A stretch of DNA of 63,705 nt, filler included, from Choristocarpus tenellus KU-1152 (GCA_964200185.2; 9 parts of 9 records of this genome joined end to end with filler, not necessarily neighbours in it); one strand, 5' to 3'. Positions 25,340 to 38,023 are shown, counted from the first letter of the whole stretch. Notes: generated by a model not told the origin, from the letters alone. Program-made: numbers and translations.

Positions 25340-26384
25340 NNNNNNNNNNNNNNNNNNNNNNNNNNNNNNNNNNNNNNNNNNNNTTAATTAATTAANNNNN
25401 NNNNNNNNNNNNNNNNNNNNNNNNNNNNNNNNNNNNNNNGGATCTTCCATGTGTGACATTCGGACAGAAAAGTCTGTCCGTGGAATCATGGATTCTTGAC
25501 TGGGAACCTTAATCGGTACCACGGTACGGTATATCGCATACGGCATTAACGGTATATAATAACAGACAAACATGCTTTCCACATGTGTCTGTATTTGTTA
25601 TTGTTGAACCAAGTCGTAGAGATAGACATATATCAATACATGTCTGAAGAGAGCAAAATTCCCCTTATTAAATCTCCTTTTTTATTGCCGAGGAAAAGGA
25701 ACACCCCGACTAGCCTGTTCATAACCACAATACATATACTATTATTTAATAGGGGTACAAGATGCCATAAAGGCGATTGTTCTTATATTGATTATTGTAC
25801 AATTGTTTTACAACCGGAAAAATAATAGCTTGAAAGGACCATACCTTCTTGGTCAAGAGAGGATAGGTGTGCATCGCTTCCATGAGAACCGGGCTCGTCT
25901 GTGGCTATATCCCTGTGCACTGTACGTGACACTGAATGCCGGGCGTGTCGGAAGGTAAAAAGACGACGAGACCTCCACTTCGTGCAGGGTGATCAGGTGC
26001 GTATGGCTGGAGGATGATGTGAACCGACCGTGACATGCCATCCTCTCTCTGGGCCTGACTCGATGCGCAAAACATTTTCTCTCTCTCTCGTTTTGTTAGT
26101 TTATTCTGTCCCATTTCCAACGTGCCCACCCGATGCAGACATCCCACGATCAACTGAGAGGCTTAGTCTAACCAATGGATGCCGCAATGCCTCCATGGGA
26201 TCCAGAAGGTGAGTCCCCATACAAGAAACGTTCACCCTTCGTGCACCCTACACTGGAGCGTCTCTGAATGACCAATATCGCAAACACACCATCATGATTT
26301 AGCACCTTTGGCGGATGTTGCGGCTATCGTCCGTTCACATAGCATGTATTAGCATGTGGCTGACATGATAGTATACCCAAGTGG

Positions 26385-27240
26385 TTGCATTTGTTACCTT
26401 TACAACCGTGTACACACCACCTGTCAATACTGGTAATACCAACATTTTCATATTCGATGCTCTGTATTTATTTGCGTTTCCAACCGTGTACACACCAGCT
26501 GCCAGCAGTGGTAATACCAACATTTTCAGATTCGGTGCCCTGTATTTATTTACGTTTCCAACCGCGTGCACACCACCTGTCAGCAATGGTAATACCAACC
26601 TGTTCAGATTCGATGCCCTGTATTTATTTGCGTTTCCAACCGCGTGCACACCACCTGCCAGCAGTGGTGATACCAACATTTTCAGATTCGATGCCCTGTA
26701 TTTATTTGCATTTCTAACCGTGTACACAACAGCTGCCAGCGGTGGTAATACCAACATGTTCAAATTCAATACCCTGTATTTGTTACCTTTATAACCGTGT
26801 CCACACCACTTGCCAGTAGTGATAATACCAACATTTTCAGATTCGATGCCCTGTATTTTTTCATTTACAACCGTGTACACACTAGCTGTCGGCAGTGGCA
26901 ATACCATCATTTTCAAATTCAGTACCCTGTGTATTTGTTACCTTTATAACCGTGTACTCACCAGCTGCCAGCAATGGTAATACCAACATGTTCAGATTCG
27001 ATGCCCTGTATTTATTTGCGTTTCCAACCGTGTACACACCAGCTGTCAGCAGTGATAGTACCAGCATTTTCAAATTCGATACCCTGTATTTGTTGCCTTT
27101 ATAACCGTGTACTCACCAGGTTCAGATGGTGGTGTCACAAAAATTTTCAAATCCGACGCCATATATTTATTACCTGTACAACTGTATACACACCAGCTGT
27201 CAGCAGTGGTTACACCAGCTTTTTCAGATTCGATGCTCTA
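26385..27240. repeat. 78-bp minisatellite, about 11 copies
   Basis: AACCGTGTACACACCAGCTGCCAGCAGTGGTAATACCAACATTTTCAGATTCGATGCCCTGTATTTATTTGCGTTTCC recurs at about 26404, 26482, 26560, 26638, 26716, 26793, 26869, 26948, 27025, 27103, 27180. Confidence 0.95.
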
Positions 27241-27480
27241 TGTTACAAGGCACGACTTTTTCGCCGGTTGTACTTTGGGGCTTGGCTGCCCACGGGTTTT
27301 GAACAACATCGTACTTATTCCAAAATGTTTTGGAGAAGTACAATGTCTACACTATGGAAAGGAGCGTCCGGAAGGAGGACATTGACATCTCTGAACAATA
27401 ATGATGGCAAGAAATACAGGAAAAATGAGACATTTGAATTCGGCCGCCAAATGGACGTGGGCCTAACCCTAAGATATGTC
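27240..27480 (+). mobile_element. Degenerate MITE family B copy
   Basis: Collinear with 33413-33683: TTTGGGGCTTGGCT, TTCCAAAATGTTTTGGAG, ATTGACA, CAAATGGACG...CCTAACCCTAAGATA. Confidence 0.55.
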
Positions 27481-27854
27481 GACCAGCACCCATGATGCCA
27501 ACCCTAACTCTAACCAAAATTTATCACCCATATTTTGAACACTAATCCCAATCCGCCATTTACAGATTTCACCTCGCATCAAACGCGTCAACATAGAATC
27601 AATTCAACGACTTTAATCTGAAATGGCTACAGTGAATTCGACCAAACCTTTTCCCGAAATTGGAACATGTGCTGCAGTCACATATGTTGAGAGTAATAAG
27701 ACAACTGTTCCAAATTAGAAGCAAGATTAGATTATGCAATTTCACGCACCACAACATCCGTCTGTCCAGGGTGACTTGGTGACACCTTCGATACGCATGA
27801 GTAAGGGCTTCGATACCATTGGAACATTTCCGATAGGGTTCACATCGGAAATGG

Positions 27855-28200
27855 ACATACACCCCCCCAATAGTCTTGCTGCGCTTTGGATATTGATGGC
27901 CTTTCCCGTTCGACAGAACACATGAAACTAATTCATCACTGTCCACCATATGTCAAGCATAAACCTCTGCATGGTTGCTCTCCTGACATCTAACTCGGGT
28001 CGGTGCGTAAATTCCTTTCATGTTCACCTTTCACTTTCGAGATTCAACGTAATGTTTTCCTGCTCAGGATTACTGTTTCAAATCAATACACACACCCCCA
28101 ACAGTCTTGACATGCTTTGGATATTCATGGCCTTTACCGTTCGACAGAAGACATGAAACTCATTAATCACTGTCTGCCACATATCAAGCATAAATCTGTA
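27855..28200 (+). repeat. ~110-bp direct repeat (about 27855-27968 and 28088-28200)
   Basis: Both copies read ACACCCCC.A.AGTCTTG...GCTTTGGATATT.ATGGCCTTT.CCGTTCGACAGAA.ACATGAAACT...TCAAGCATAAA. Confidence 0.8.
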
Positions 28201-28405
28201 CTCGATATTTATTAGTAAATAGCGGCCTTCGAGGAAAGCGCTACACCATCCTCATGTCAACAGCATCGCTACACCCTTTTCATATCACGTTTGCATAGCC
28301 CACACATAGACATGAACCTTGCAATTCGTACAGATCCCGTCAACATTAATCACATAGTCCATCACTGTTCGTACAAATACACCCTTCCTGGGCTGGGCTA
28401 ACAAT

Positions 28406-28583
28406 GACTCAAAGTATCTGGGAGGGGGTGGCGTCTGTCCGTTTGGGGCCAATTTTTTCATCTTGCGATATTTTAGTGATTGGTTGCATACTTCGGATGG
28501 ATAATGTAAGTGCACTTTTCCTGCTATGAGAAAAATGGACACCCTGGTGCAGACCCCCCCCCCCCCACCAGATACTTTGGGTC
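28406..28583 (+). mobile_element. MITE family A, complete reference copy (178 bp), 3-bp TSD AAT
   Basis: GACTCAAAGTATCTGGGAGGGGG ... CCCCCACCAGATACTTTGGGTC; AAT at 28403-28405 and 28584-28586. Confidence 0.9.
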
Positions 28584-29338
28584 AATAGCATCCACCCCAC
28601 GTCTATATCCTTCTCCTGAGCTGATACCATTGTCCTAACATTTTCTCCTGTACCTTCACAGACAGCCGGCCACGGGCCCAAAAAATAATGAACGCCAAAA
28701 GACCACAGACCTGGTCACCTCCAACCTCAGCGCGACGTGTACAATGGACCTCGCTACATCTGACTGCTTGACACAGAGGTACAACGCGAACCTTCTTAAC
28801 AACGGTAGAGTGGAGTCCATGTTGTCAAAGCTGGGGCCGGACCCACAGGTCGCCGCCGATAGGCTCGCCGGGATGCTGAGTGGGCAACCGTTTTCACTGT
28901 GCTCGAGATGGAAAACCATAAGCAATTTCAAAGTCGACATGCGCGGGGTAAACATGCCTTCTACTGTGCACCCTAGGGAGCTACTTGAAAACTACACTGC
29001 CAATGGCAACCTGGACACAGACCACGTTTTTTTTTAATGATAGAAGACTCCGAGACGATGGGGATCAAATTTTTTCCAACGCTTTCTCAGCTCCAGGGGA
29101 ACCTGTAGAGGAGGACGTGAGTGGGCGTTCAGGCGTGGACTCTTGAGTCCACGCCTTGGGGGAGTGACCCCAGAATATCCCCAAACGCCCATTCGGTGGG
29201 CCGCGGCGGCGACGAGTCCCAAGTGCCAGGGCAGACCTACAACCATACTGTGAGGCGAAATGGGAACCGCGCCCATGGCCATCCCACCCCAACCCCGAGG
29301 GACAAGCCTTCCAAGAAGGGCAAAGGGAAGGGGGAAAA

Positions 29339-29597
29339 GAGTGAACGTATCTTAGAGGGTATGAGTTTTGCCCTGTTTGTCCATTTGGGGAGTGGCTTCC
29401 CATGGGGTTTTTTTATGATATTTTCCTACTCCAAAATGTTTCGGAGTAGGTAAAAGTGTATACGTTATGAAAAGGTGTACCCGGAACATGGATATTGACA
29501 CTTCCTAACAAATACGATAGCCAAAATTACATCAAAATCACAACCTTGGATTTTGACCCCAATGGACGCGGCTCTACCCTCTAAGATACTTTGGCTC
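29339..29597 (+). mobile_element. MITE family B, complete, 4-bp TSD AAAA
   Basis: GAGTGAACGTATCTTAGAGGGTA ... TACCCTCTAAGATACTTTGGCTC; AAAA at 29335-29338 and 29598-29601. Confidence 0.9.
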
Positions 29598-31113
29598 AAA
29601 AGCATTCTAGTTAGGAAGAAGAGGATCAGAGAAGGTGCTGGACGGATGAGACCATTCAAACAGCCTCGTGGTACTGATGTGAGCGCTTTGGAACCTGCCT
29701 TCTTCACAGACGTCTTCGCTCCCGCCAAAATGGGCAGATACGCAATAAATATATCTTATCTACATCGAGGTACGACCATGACAGCGAAAGGTCGTCTCAT
29801 GGTGATGAGGATTGCGTCACACAGGACGCGGCCGACTCCGGTGATGCATCCAATGTGGGGATCACTGAAGCCTTCATGGAGGCGTGCGTTACCGAGACCC
29901 AATGATCGGCAACGAAACCTGCTTCTGCACAATATCGAGTGCAGACTCAAAAACTCAGCCAGGTCATATACAACCACGGGTTCCAGATCAGCAAGGCCGG
30001 TAAGGGGGCGGATTCTCTTGTTTTCGGGGACGGATGCTACGTCCACGAGCCCACACCGGTTAAGCTCAGCCATCGTGGAGGGAAGCCAGGCAACACGTTG
30101 CGTCCCAAGCATGTGGAAGCACTCCAAGCGAGGAAGGCTATCTTCTTGAGCCTCGTGAGGTCCGAACCTTGGAATGCCAGTTACTCCACACTCCTAAATT
30201 TATGGCACCTTCTTGCCAATGGCATACCCTAAGCCCACGGAGCAGCGGGAGAAGGGTGACAAATGCAATTTCGAGTCCGCCCACTGATTGAAATAGGAAT
30301 TCAGACGTTTCACGTTTTTGTTGAAGTACGGGTAGAGTTACAGTTACACTGATTTCGCATCAGTCTACCTGTAACTTGGTGTCTGACTACCATGTTCATG
30401 CACTTCCCATTCGATGAGTTACGCATTTAGACAGTGGTATCGGATACATTGCTACCAGTCAGAGTCGTCATCAGCATATTATATATCATGCTCACATTGA
30501 GGATTAGACCTGTGTTATTATTACTTAAAAATAACGTGTCTGCTACAAGGTTTAGATAACTAAAATATAATACATCATTTAAACAATTTTCTCCATCTTC
30601 TCAGATAACATTTCCAAACAATTCGCCAGGCCGAGCGATGGATACCCTGTCCTTCTCAAAGTCGCTATTTGTTCCTTGAACACTATAACGCACCTCCCCC
30701 CTTCTTCTCAATACCCTATGTACCATCTCATACTTTGTCCAAGTGTCGACAAACTAGAACCGATCTCGTCCTCCTTCGAATCTTGGAGCATCATATACCG
30801 AAGTCCACACACGATACTCCTAAGCAAGGAACCAACCCAGGACCTCTGGAAGTGCACCTTGAAATACTTTCAGAGAAACGTACAACCATAGACCTTGACC
30901 AATAACCACTCGTATCCACCTCCAGATTCTGTCCACACCTTACATGAGAGATATAATGCATTAACCCGAAAACAAAACCTGACCTTTTTCCATTCCTTCA
31001 TACCAACAATTTCAACCCTAACACCCCGAGCGACAACCACATCTTATTACATATTAAATCCAACACATGCACGCAAATAAATGAAGTATTACATTTAAAC
31101 TGTACATGTTGTA

Positions 31114-31428
31114 GAGTGAAAGTATCTTAGAGGGTACGAGTTTTGCCCTGTTTGTCCCTTTGGTGCTTGGCTCCTGGGTTTTTTTAAGACACTTTCCTAC
31201 TCGAAAATGTTTTGGAGTAGGTAACATGTATACGTTATGGAAAGGTGTGACTGGAACAAGGATATCGACATTTCCTAACAAACACGATAGGTAAAATTAC
31301 ATCAAAATCACAACATTGGATAGTTGACACTTCCTAACAAAACAAGATAGGTAAAATTACATCAAAGTCACAACATTGGATTTTGCCCCCCAAATGGACA
31401 GCACTCTACCCTCTAAGATACTTTGAGT
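31114..31428 (+). mobile_element. MITE family B with an internal ~60-bp tandem duplication
   Basis: GAGTGAAAGTATCTTAGAGGGTAC ... TACCCTCTAAGATACTTTGAGT; 31261-31320 is repeated at 31321-31380; TSD unclear. Confidence 0.88.
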
Positions 31429-31619
31429 ATATATGTTTTGGTTCCTCGTGCATACACCAGGAGAACCACCAGGAGAACCACCAGGAGAACATGCCCAAAC
31501 TGAAAGTCCTCTTTCTGTACACACCGGACACGACTCATGCAAGCAATAAAACGAAAAAAACAACCTCCCAACAACCCATATTCTTTTTTTCAATTCCTCA
31601 TCGAACAGTGGGAAAACAT

Positions 31620-31721
31620 ACGTTGGATGGATAATGAAAGTGTACTTTTCCTGGATTTGGTCCAAATGGACACTCTGGTGTAGACACACCGCCCCCCCCC
31701 CCCCCCCACCCCAAGAACCCC
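31620..31721 (+). mobile_element. MITE family A, right half (truncated by linker)
   Basis: GGATGGATAATG.AAGTG.ACTTTTCCTG...AAATGGACAC.CTGGTGTAGAC plus poly-C, as in 28495-28570. Confidence 0.7.
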
Positions 31722-31821
31722 NNNNNNNNNNNNNNNNNNNNNNNNNNNNNNNNNNNNNNNNNNNNTTAATTAATTAANNNNNNNNNNNNNNNNNNNNNNN
31801 NNNNNNNNNNNNNNNNNNNNN

Positions 31822-33396
31822 CCCCACCCCCCCCCCCCGAACTGCCAGCCCCGCCCCCCCCCCCCCCCCTCCCACACCCCTGTGATCACGGACATTGGAC
31901 ACACCACTCCGACTGCCACCTCTACCTACCCTACCTATCCGACCTGTACTATCGCCACCAAGCCCCCCTGCCCCAAGTTGGTCCCTTACAGTCCCTCTCC
32001 CCCCAGCCACCTTGCTCTTCGAGTTGAGAGAGGCGAGGGCATCAGTGGCATCAGCTCTGTCCAAATACGCTCGGAGGGCCTCCTCAAAGGCATCAGAGCC
32101 CATGGCCTTTTTTGATCTTTAGAGAAGAGAGCACATGCAGGAGTAACATTACTTAAGCAACAGACGCGATGAGTTTCAAAATGGAACGTTTGTGATAATG
32201 ATGTGACAACACACAAGAACCGAGTACACCAGCATGTTGAAACATAACAACAGCCCGCTCTTGAACTTACACAGTAATGATACGACTTACACATATCTAC
32301 TTTGACACTGTCTACGTTGACACTGTCTTGAATCACCATGCTCATGCTAGATTCACCAGACATGTGCAAAGACACCTTCCGCTTCTACACCACATCCTTG
32401 TTCCCCTTACTATTCATAGTACACAACCATGGTCAATATCTTTTACTTTTCTTATTAAATATATATTTTCTTTCTTCGGAAACTATTCCTTATTCTCATA
32501 TAGTTTTCAAAATCAATTCCAACATAACTTCCGACTTAATAATTTTCCCATGGGTATCATAGATCGAGCACATACCATTCAAACCCCTCTCTCCCGGCAA
32601 CCTCCAACTCAACTCCCTCATCATCGTCACAAAAGCCTGAAACATGCAACCTAATTGTTGAACCAATTTGCCATGACTTCAGCAACCTATGAACATACAT
32701 AGTAGCTGAAGTTCGATAGCGTAAGATTCCCCAACAATCGCCTTCACAGGCCAGGGAGGGCGTAGTTGTACATGTTCAATAGCCAGAGATTCCACCCAAC
32801 TTCCAGCTACATAAGCAACAAGTCAAACAGGATCTGATGTAACTTGGTACATTCAGCACTTACTTCTGTTGATGCGTGTGTAAATACAGAGGGAGACTAA
32901 ACGACTGTTGACCCCCCTGAACACTTTCATCCGGCTCTCTAGCTCACAAGCTCACATGTGCAATAAATGAACACAAGTTAAGGAAAAACACAAGAGTCTC
33001 AACCCCCCTTCCAACCAATCATACCCATAAAAAAAACAAAAAGGCTACTTACTCACGGTGGTTTCTCCCCTTTCTTCTAAGCCTGACCATCTACGTAGGC
33101 ATTCACACCCACCAGAGAATACCCGGGTGAAATCTTCACAAAGATCTCAACAATAGATGTAGCACAGAGGCAGCTACTAGTATCCACCCCAACCTGACAG
33201 CTACTAGTATTCACATCGGCACATCACACCTGAGGAGAGCATGCCTTCCTGCCTTCCTCCCCTCCTGAAGCTTTCCCTTCGATGCCTTTCCCATGCAGCG
33301 CAGAAGGTCAGAAACTTTCATCCCATCCGGAAGCCCTCCACCCGCTGTGTTCCCCACTCCCAACCCCGCTAGGCATATCTCAGCGTAGACAGCAGC
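31822..33396 (-). CDS. Internal exons of an unidentified gene (about 33396-33228, 33144-33055, 32786-32700, 32116-31822)
   Basis: Splice-bounded protein-like segments AAVYAEICLAGLGVG...HALLR, LCEDFTRVFSGGCECLRRWSG, GSWVESLAIEHVQLRPPWPVKAIVGESYAIELQLL, AMGSDAFEEALRAYLDRADATDAL; phases not fully reconciled; a further exon may lie at 33840-33950. Confidence 0.4.
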
Positions 33397-33412
33397 CTTT
33401 ACATAAAACACA

Positions 33413-33683
33413 GAGTGAAAGTATCTTAAGAGGGTACGAGTTTCGCCCTGTTTGTCCATTTGGGGCTTGGCTTTCCTCAGGGGTTTCACGAATTGTTTCT
33501 ACTCCAAAATATATGTCGGAGTAGGTATAATGTACACGTTATGAAAAATTGTGTCAGGAGCAAGGTTATTGACACACTTTCTAACAAACACGATAGCCAA
33601 AAAATTACATCCAAATCGCAACGGTGGATTTTGGTCGCAAAATGGACGCAGCTCTACCCTCTAACCCTAAGATACTTTGGCTC
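33413..33683 (+). mobile_element. MITE family B, complete, flanked by a 7-bp direct repeat AAACACA
   Basis: GAGTGAAAGTATCTTAAGAGGGTAC ... TACCCTCT(AACCCT)AAGATACTTTGGCTC; AAACACA at 33406-33412 and 33684-33690. Confidence 0.9.
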
Positions 33684-34709
33684 AAACACATATCACGGGA
33701 AGGCGTGAATATATGCACATCGAGAGCATCGGCCGGTGCGTTTCTGCGAAACACAAAAAAAGGACATGGTGAACAGAGATTAATAAATCGACCCAGAAGT
33801 TTTGTTGTTTTTGTTTTGTTTTGTTTTCCTGACGATATAATGTAAGCGTATACTCCTCCCTCCACATCAGAATCGGCAAGATAAGTGTCCAACAACAGAC
33901 GAGGAACACGATCAACAACCACTGCGACGAGAGCTGTCGGAGAGCGCAAAAGGCCCATTCAAAAATTTGTATTTCATGCGATTGATTGATTACTCATGGC
34001 AAAAAATAATAACGTTACTGAATCAACCCCTTTGCGCTTTGCAATACACTTACTTAGATCGCTCGTCGATCGACCAATCAAATCGCGGCAATTCTATCGC
34101 GCTACGATGATGTTCACAACACTGGTTTAAACTCACAAAAAAAAAAAACAGATTCTTGGCACAGTTTCGACAATATAGACTATGAACACCACAATATTAC
34201 TCTTATATTTATATATATATATGTACCTGTACTATAGGGTTAGGGCATATTTACAAATTATTAAAAATGCAAGAACAAATTGGAAGGGAGAGCGACCGAG
34301 AGGCGTTATACACGTCCCACAAAATAAGAATGTGTACAAAAACAAGAGAAAAAATAAAGAACAATTTCACTACAACAAACAATTCACTCACCATTACATC
34401 ACGCTACTGCACTCCACCTACCCATCTGCACAACTGATAAAATATCGGACCAGAGGCTTATGCACGGGGCCCACTTCCTTTATGCAGGACAGAAATGCCT
34501 CTTACATATCTTTCACACGTCTTCTAGATTCTCCACTATAACAACCCCACCAAAGAAATCACTGCAGGCTGTGGGTAGGTAGGCAAGAAGGCACTGCAGT
34601 TGTTGCCACACATGCCTTAAATATCCTGCACAATCTCTTCAAAAAAAATTATAGGTTGAAAACACCATGACAAGGAAACTCCGTTCTCCCTCCCAGGCAG
34701 AAGCAAAAA

Positions 34710-34752
<43 letters not shown>

Positions 34753-35202
34753 ACCCCCCCCCAACCACCCANNNNNNNNNNNNNNNNNNNNNNNNNNNNN
34801 NNNNNNNNNNNNNNNTTAATTAATTAANNNNNNNNNNNNNNNNNNNNNNNNNNNNNNNNNNNNNNNNNNNNTTTCTTTCGATCTCGGGGTACAACACAAT
34901 AAGAAAAAAATTATCGTAAGTGACACAGGTCTGCCTCTTGGAAATCTCTGTTGCATATTCAGCTTCTTTTTTTTTTCACTTCTTTTCCACAGAAAAGTCC
35001 AAACAACATGGACATTCTGCGGGAGTATGACCTTTCAAGGGCCCCTTTCAAGAAGGGGGCACTACAGCAACGCCAGCATTGCTCCCACTCTTCCTAATCT
35101 TGGCGCAATAAACATAACAAACTGGGTCACTGGGGTGTAGGGAGAGGTCTAGAGGGTACCAATCACTTCCAGCAGATACTGTTGGATTAACAACACATTT
35201 AC

Positions 35203-35311
35203 CTGCATGAAACTGCTGCAGTGCTGGCGTCATTGAAGGGGCACCTGTGGGAAAACGGGTCCGCAGGACACCCACCCTTGCACCCGCACCAGCAACACCT
35301 CGAAGCAGCAT
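35203..35311 (-). CDS. Possible first exon of an unidentified gene with a mitochondrial-presequence-like N-terminus
   Basis: ATG-MLLRGVAGAGARVGVLRTRFPTGAPSMTPALQQFHA then AG|GTAAAT donor; Arg-rich with no acidic residues; downstream exons unresolved. Confidence 0.3.
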
Positions 35312-37229
35312 GATGGTGCGTCACACGCCTTACGTGTAAAAAGGGCGACATGAGGCGTACGAGGAGAGTAGGTCAACAATACAAAAAAAAAGCGAGATGG
35401 AGGTAGATGTAAACAAAATGGAAAATATAGGGGCCTAGTTTCCAGGGCGGTGTTGGTTTTAGGGAGAAAGGAGCGAAAGAGACTATAGCAAGAGGTCTGT
35501 GGCTGTTTTCTCTTTGATGAGGGTGAGATAGGAAGGTGTATCCTGTTCGTTCCTGTTTAAGAATGATGCAAAAAGTGCGAGGTAAAAAATGTAAGGAGAA
35601 TCAAAGCTGTGACGCTTTCGACTGGGTTGAAAGTTGGTGAGGTATGAAAGGATATATATATGTATATATATATGCGTCATCGCTTTGAGGGTAGAATAGA
35701 TGTTACAGTTTTACTCCCTCACTGGCAATTTCACTATGTCCAACCCCTCCTTCATTCTCTGGTGGATGCTAGACTGAATCTATTTTAGTTGCTCGTACAC
35801 TAATAGTAATGGGGTGTCGTAATCAACTCCAAAAAGGGGATGCGCAGCAGGGAGGTAAATCTCCGCAACGACCAGACCGAGGGAAGGTGAAAACTCTTGG
35901 GATTGAATATTTCAAGGTACGCCGAATAACTCGTGTCAGGTGGACCGTATTCCTTACACCCAATCAAGATACTACTTTCTATTTCTCTACGTCTACGTGG
36001 GGATCACATGCCCTTGAAAAAGTCTGCAATATCTCCTAGGACAAGCTTTCGTAGCGCAAACCCTATTGTGTACTACATGTAACATCTCCAATGCCCTGCC
36101 CTTCCTCGTCAGCCTGCCAGGCAAGGACTGCTACTGCAATTCCCAACATACTTCCAAGCGGTATACTCAACCAATCTTGGCTGATACATAGTGAAGTGCA
36201 AGATACGAATAGGTCAATAACTCTCTCACCAGTTTCTTAGGGTTCAGGGGATATTCACCATACCATGTTCGGCTACTCAACAGAACCCAATATGCAACCA
36301 TGTTCGGTTCACTATTCAATAATAATCCCCTGAAATGTGACCGCATCAGCACGAACCAACGGGGAGTTTTGGTGTCCTGGCTTCTACTGACGTCGCTCTA
36401 ACACCCTGACCAACCTATGCGCTTGGAGGAAAGGCCTACGGCATGCTTGCACTTGAACGAACCGTGCTAAAAAGAAACACAGCGAGCTCATGAATGTGCA
36501 CAAATGTTAGTTGTAAATCTAGGAAAAAGCGCGACGTTAGAGTCTACTTCCTTAATGAACTCGTCTTCCCCATCCAACTGGCGTTTCCTTCCTTAGCAAC
36601 AGTGGGGTTGAGTGGGACAATAGCTCCTGGTCAACTAATCCGGGGTTAGGGAGGGAGATTTACATTTTCGAGCAGAAGAGAAGCTTACCTGTACAATTGC
36701 CTGTGCTCCTTTGCTTCGCAACCGCTGCTTCACGACCCTTACTCACTCTTCTATGCAGTAGGTTTCGTACCACCTCCACTTCCCACAAACGCTGGATGGG
36801 CGGACGGCTGGATTATGTTTGTCTATTCTACTTTCCTTACAAAAAAACATATATAAATGGGTACACATATGCACGTAACTTCCATTATACAACTTACCAC
36901 ATACTAGTGGTAACAATGTGTTGAGAGCCTCTTGATGTTGATGTGACCTCCACAATGTACATGATTATACCCTCTCACATTTTGTAGATATGTCAAGGAA
37001 AAAGTCAAACCAACATCGCAAGTACCCCAATAAATCTTTTAATCCATCAATGACAATGACTACCACTTGCAACATCTACTACTCAGTACAGGGTTGGGCT
37101 ATTTTCTGGTTTGTTCCTCTTTTTTCTCTGTTGACTATCAACAGAAGAAGCATTTCCAAAAAGGTCCCACCACTCATCACACTCCCCCATAACTATGAAG
37201 ATGTGTGGGTGCCGACAGGCTTGGGGTGG

Positions 37230-37388
37230 GGAGACCATAGTGATTAACCTACCCAGCATAATCTCCTGCATGTGGGTGATGATAAGATCATGATGGCGAG
37301 GAAAACCAGGAGATCATAGTGATCAATCTACCCAGCGTAATTTCCTGCATGTGGACAATGGTTAGATCATGATAGCGAGGAAAACTAG
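37230..37388. repeat. 79-bp tandem duplication
   Basis: GGAGA(C/T)CATAGTGAT.AA.CTACCCAGC.TAAT.TCCTGCATGTGG...AGATCATGAT.GCGAGGAAAAC at 37230 and 37309. Confidence 0.85.
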
Positions 37389-38023
37389 CAAATGGAGGAT
37401 GGGGACATGGCATAGGACACGAGTAATCGATTAGGACATGCTACTATACCATACAAGATAGAATTGTCTTTTCTTCTTGGACGTTCTTGGAGAATCTTCG
37501 ACTGGTGACACCTCTTCCATCTGAAAAACTTGTTCAGAATCATGCATCCCACTCAAACCGTACAATTGGTTTTTCAGTATCATACCCTTCAAAGTGGGAG
37601 TAATCGATATCATCGCACTCATAACAAACACAGAGTGACCTTGGCTTGGTGGAAATCATTCCTTCCAATCGTTTGGGTCATTCGGCATGTGCCACTCAAC
37701 GCATTCTAACTCCCATGCTACCAATTACCTATCTAAATACTGCTTCTGTCACCCAGTCATATCAACCCCACTAGATTTCATGCCACATCCATGATTTTAG
37801 AAGTATCCACACCACCAAAAAACAATTTCCCGTATCTCCCCTGTTCCTCTTCCGTACGCGAGCAATCGTGAGAGTGGGTTGGTGGAGAGGATATCTCCTT
37901 ATCTCCTTCATAATCTCTCTGTTTTCTCGTTTACTTTACTTTCTGTGCTTTTCTAAACCATACAACTACCAATTGAGTCACGCCATCCTATCTATCCTCG
38001 TCACATCATATAAATTCTACACT

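Larger units (their letters stand above)
28700..31600 (+). mobile_element. Second, longer copy of the long element with a decayed transposase-like ORF (about 28744-30500), interrupted by two family-B MITEs
   Basis: Inverted homology to 13400-15230; one frame runs 29121-29338 + 29602-30232 after MITE removal with only scattered stops; contains CERFGTCLLHRRLR. Confidence 0.65.

Noticed and set aside
25890-26060. PHD-finger-like Cys spacing (CRAC...C...C)
   Set aside because: The motif is incomplete, has an in-frame stop and shows no exon structure.
26335-27104. Repeat-protein ORFs or a CRISPR array
   Set aside because: The ORFs follow from the 78-bp unit length and are broken by indels. There are no unique spacers and no cas genes.
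29553-30149. 198-aa ORF as a gene
   Set aside because: It starts inside a MITE and is an alternative frame of the decayed element ORF; the conserved frame is that of 29939..30232.
34965-35095. HscB-like CWxC zinc motif downstream of the putative presequence exon
   Set aside because: The splice phase is incompatible and the second CxxC is missing.
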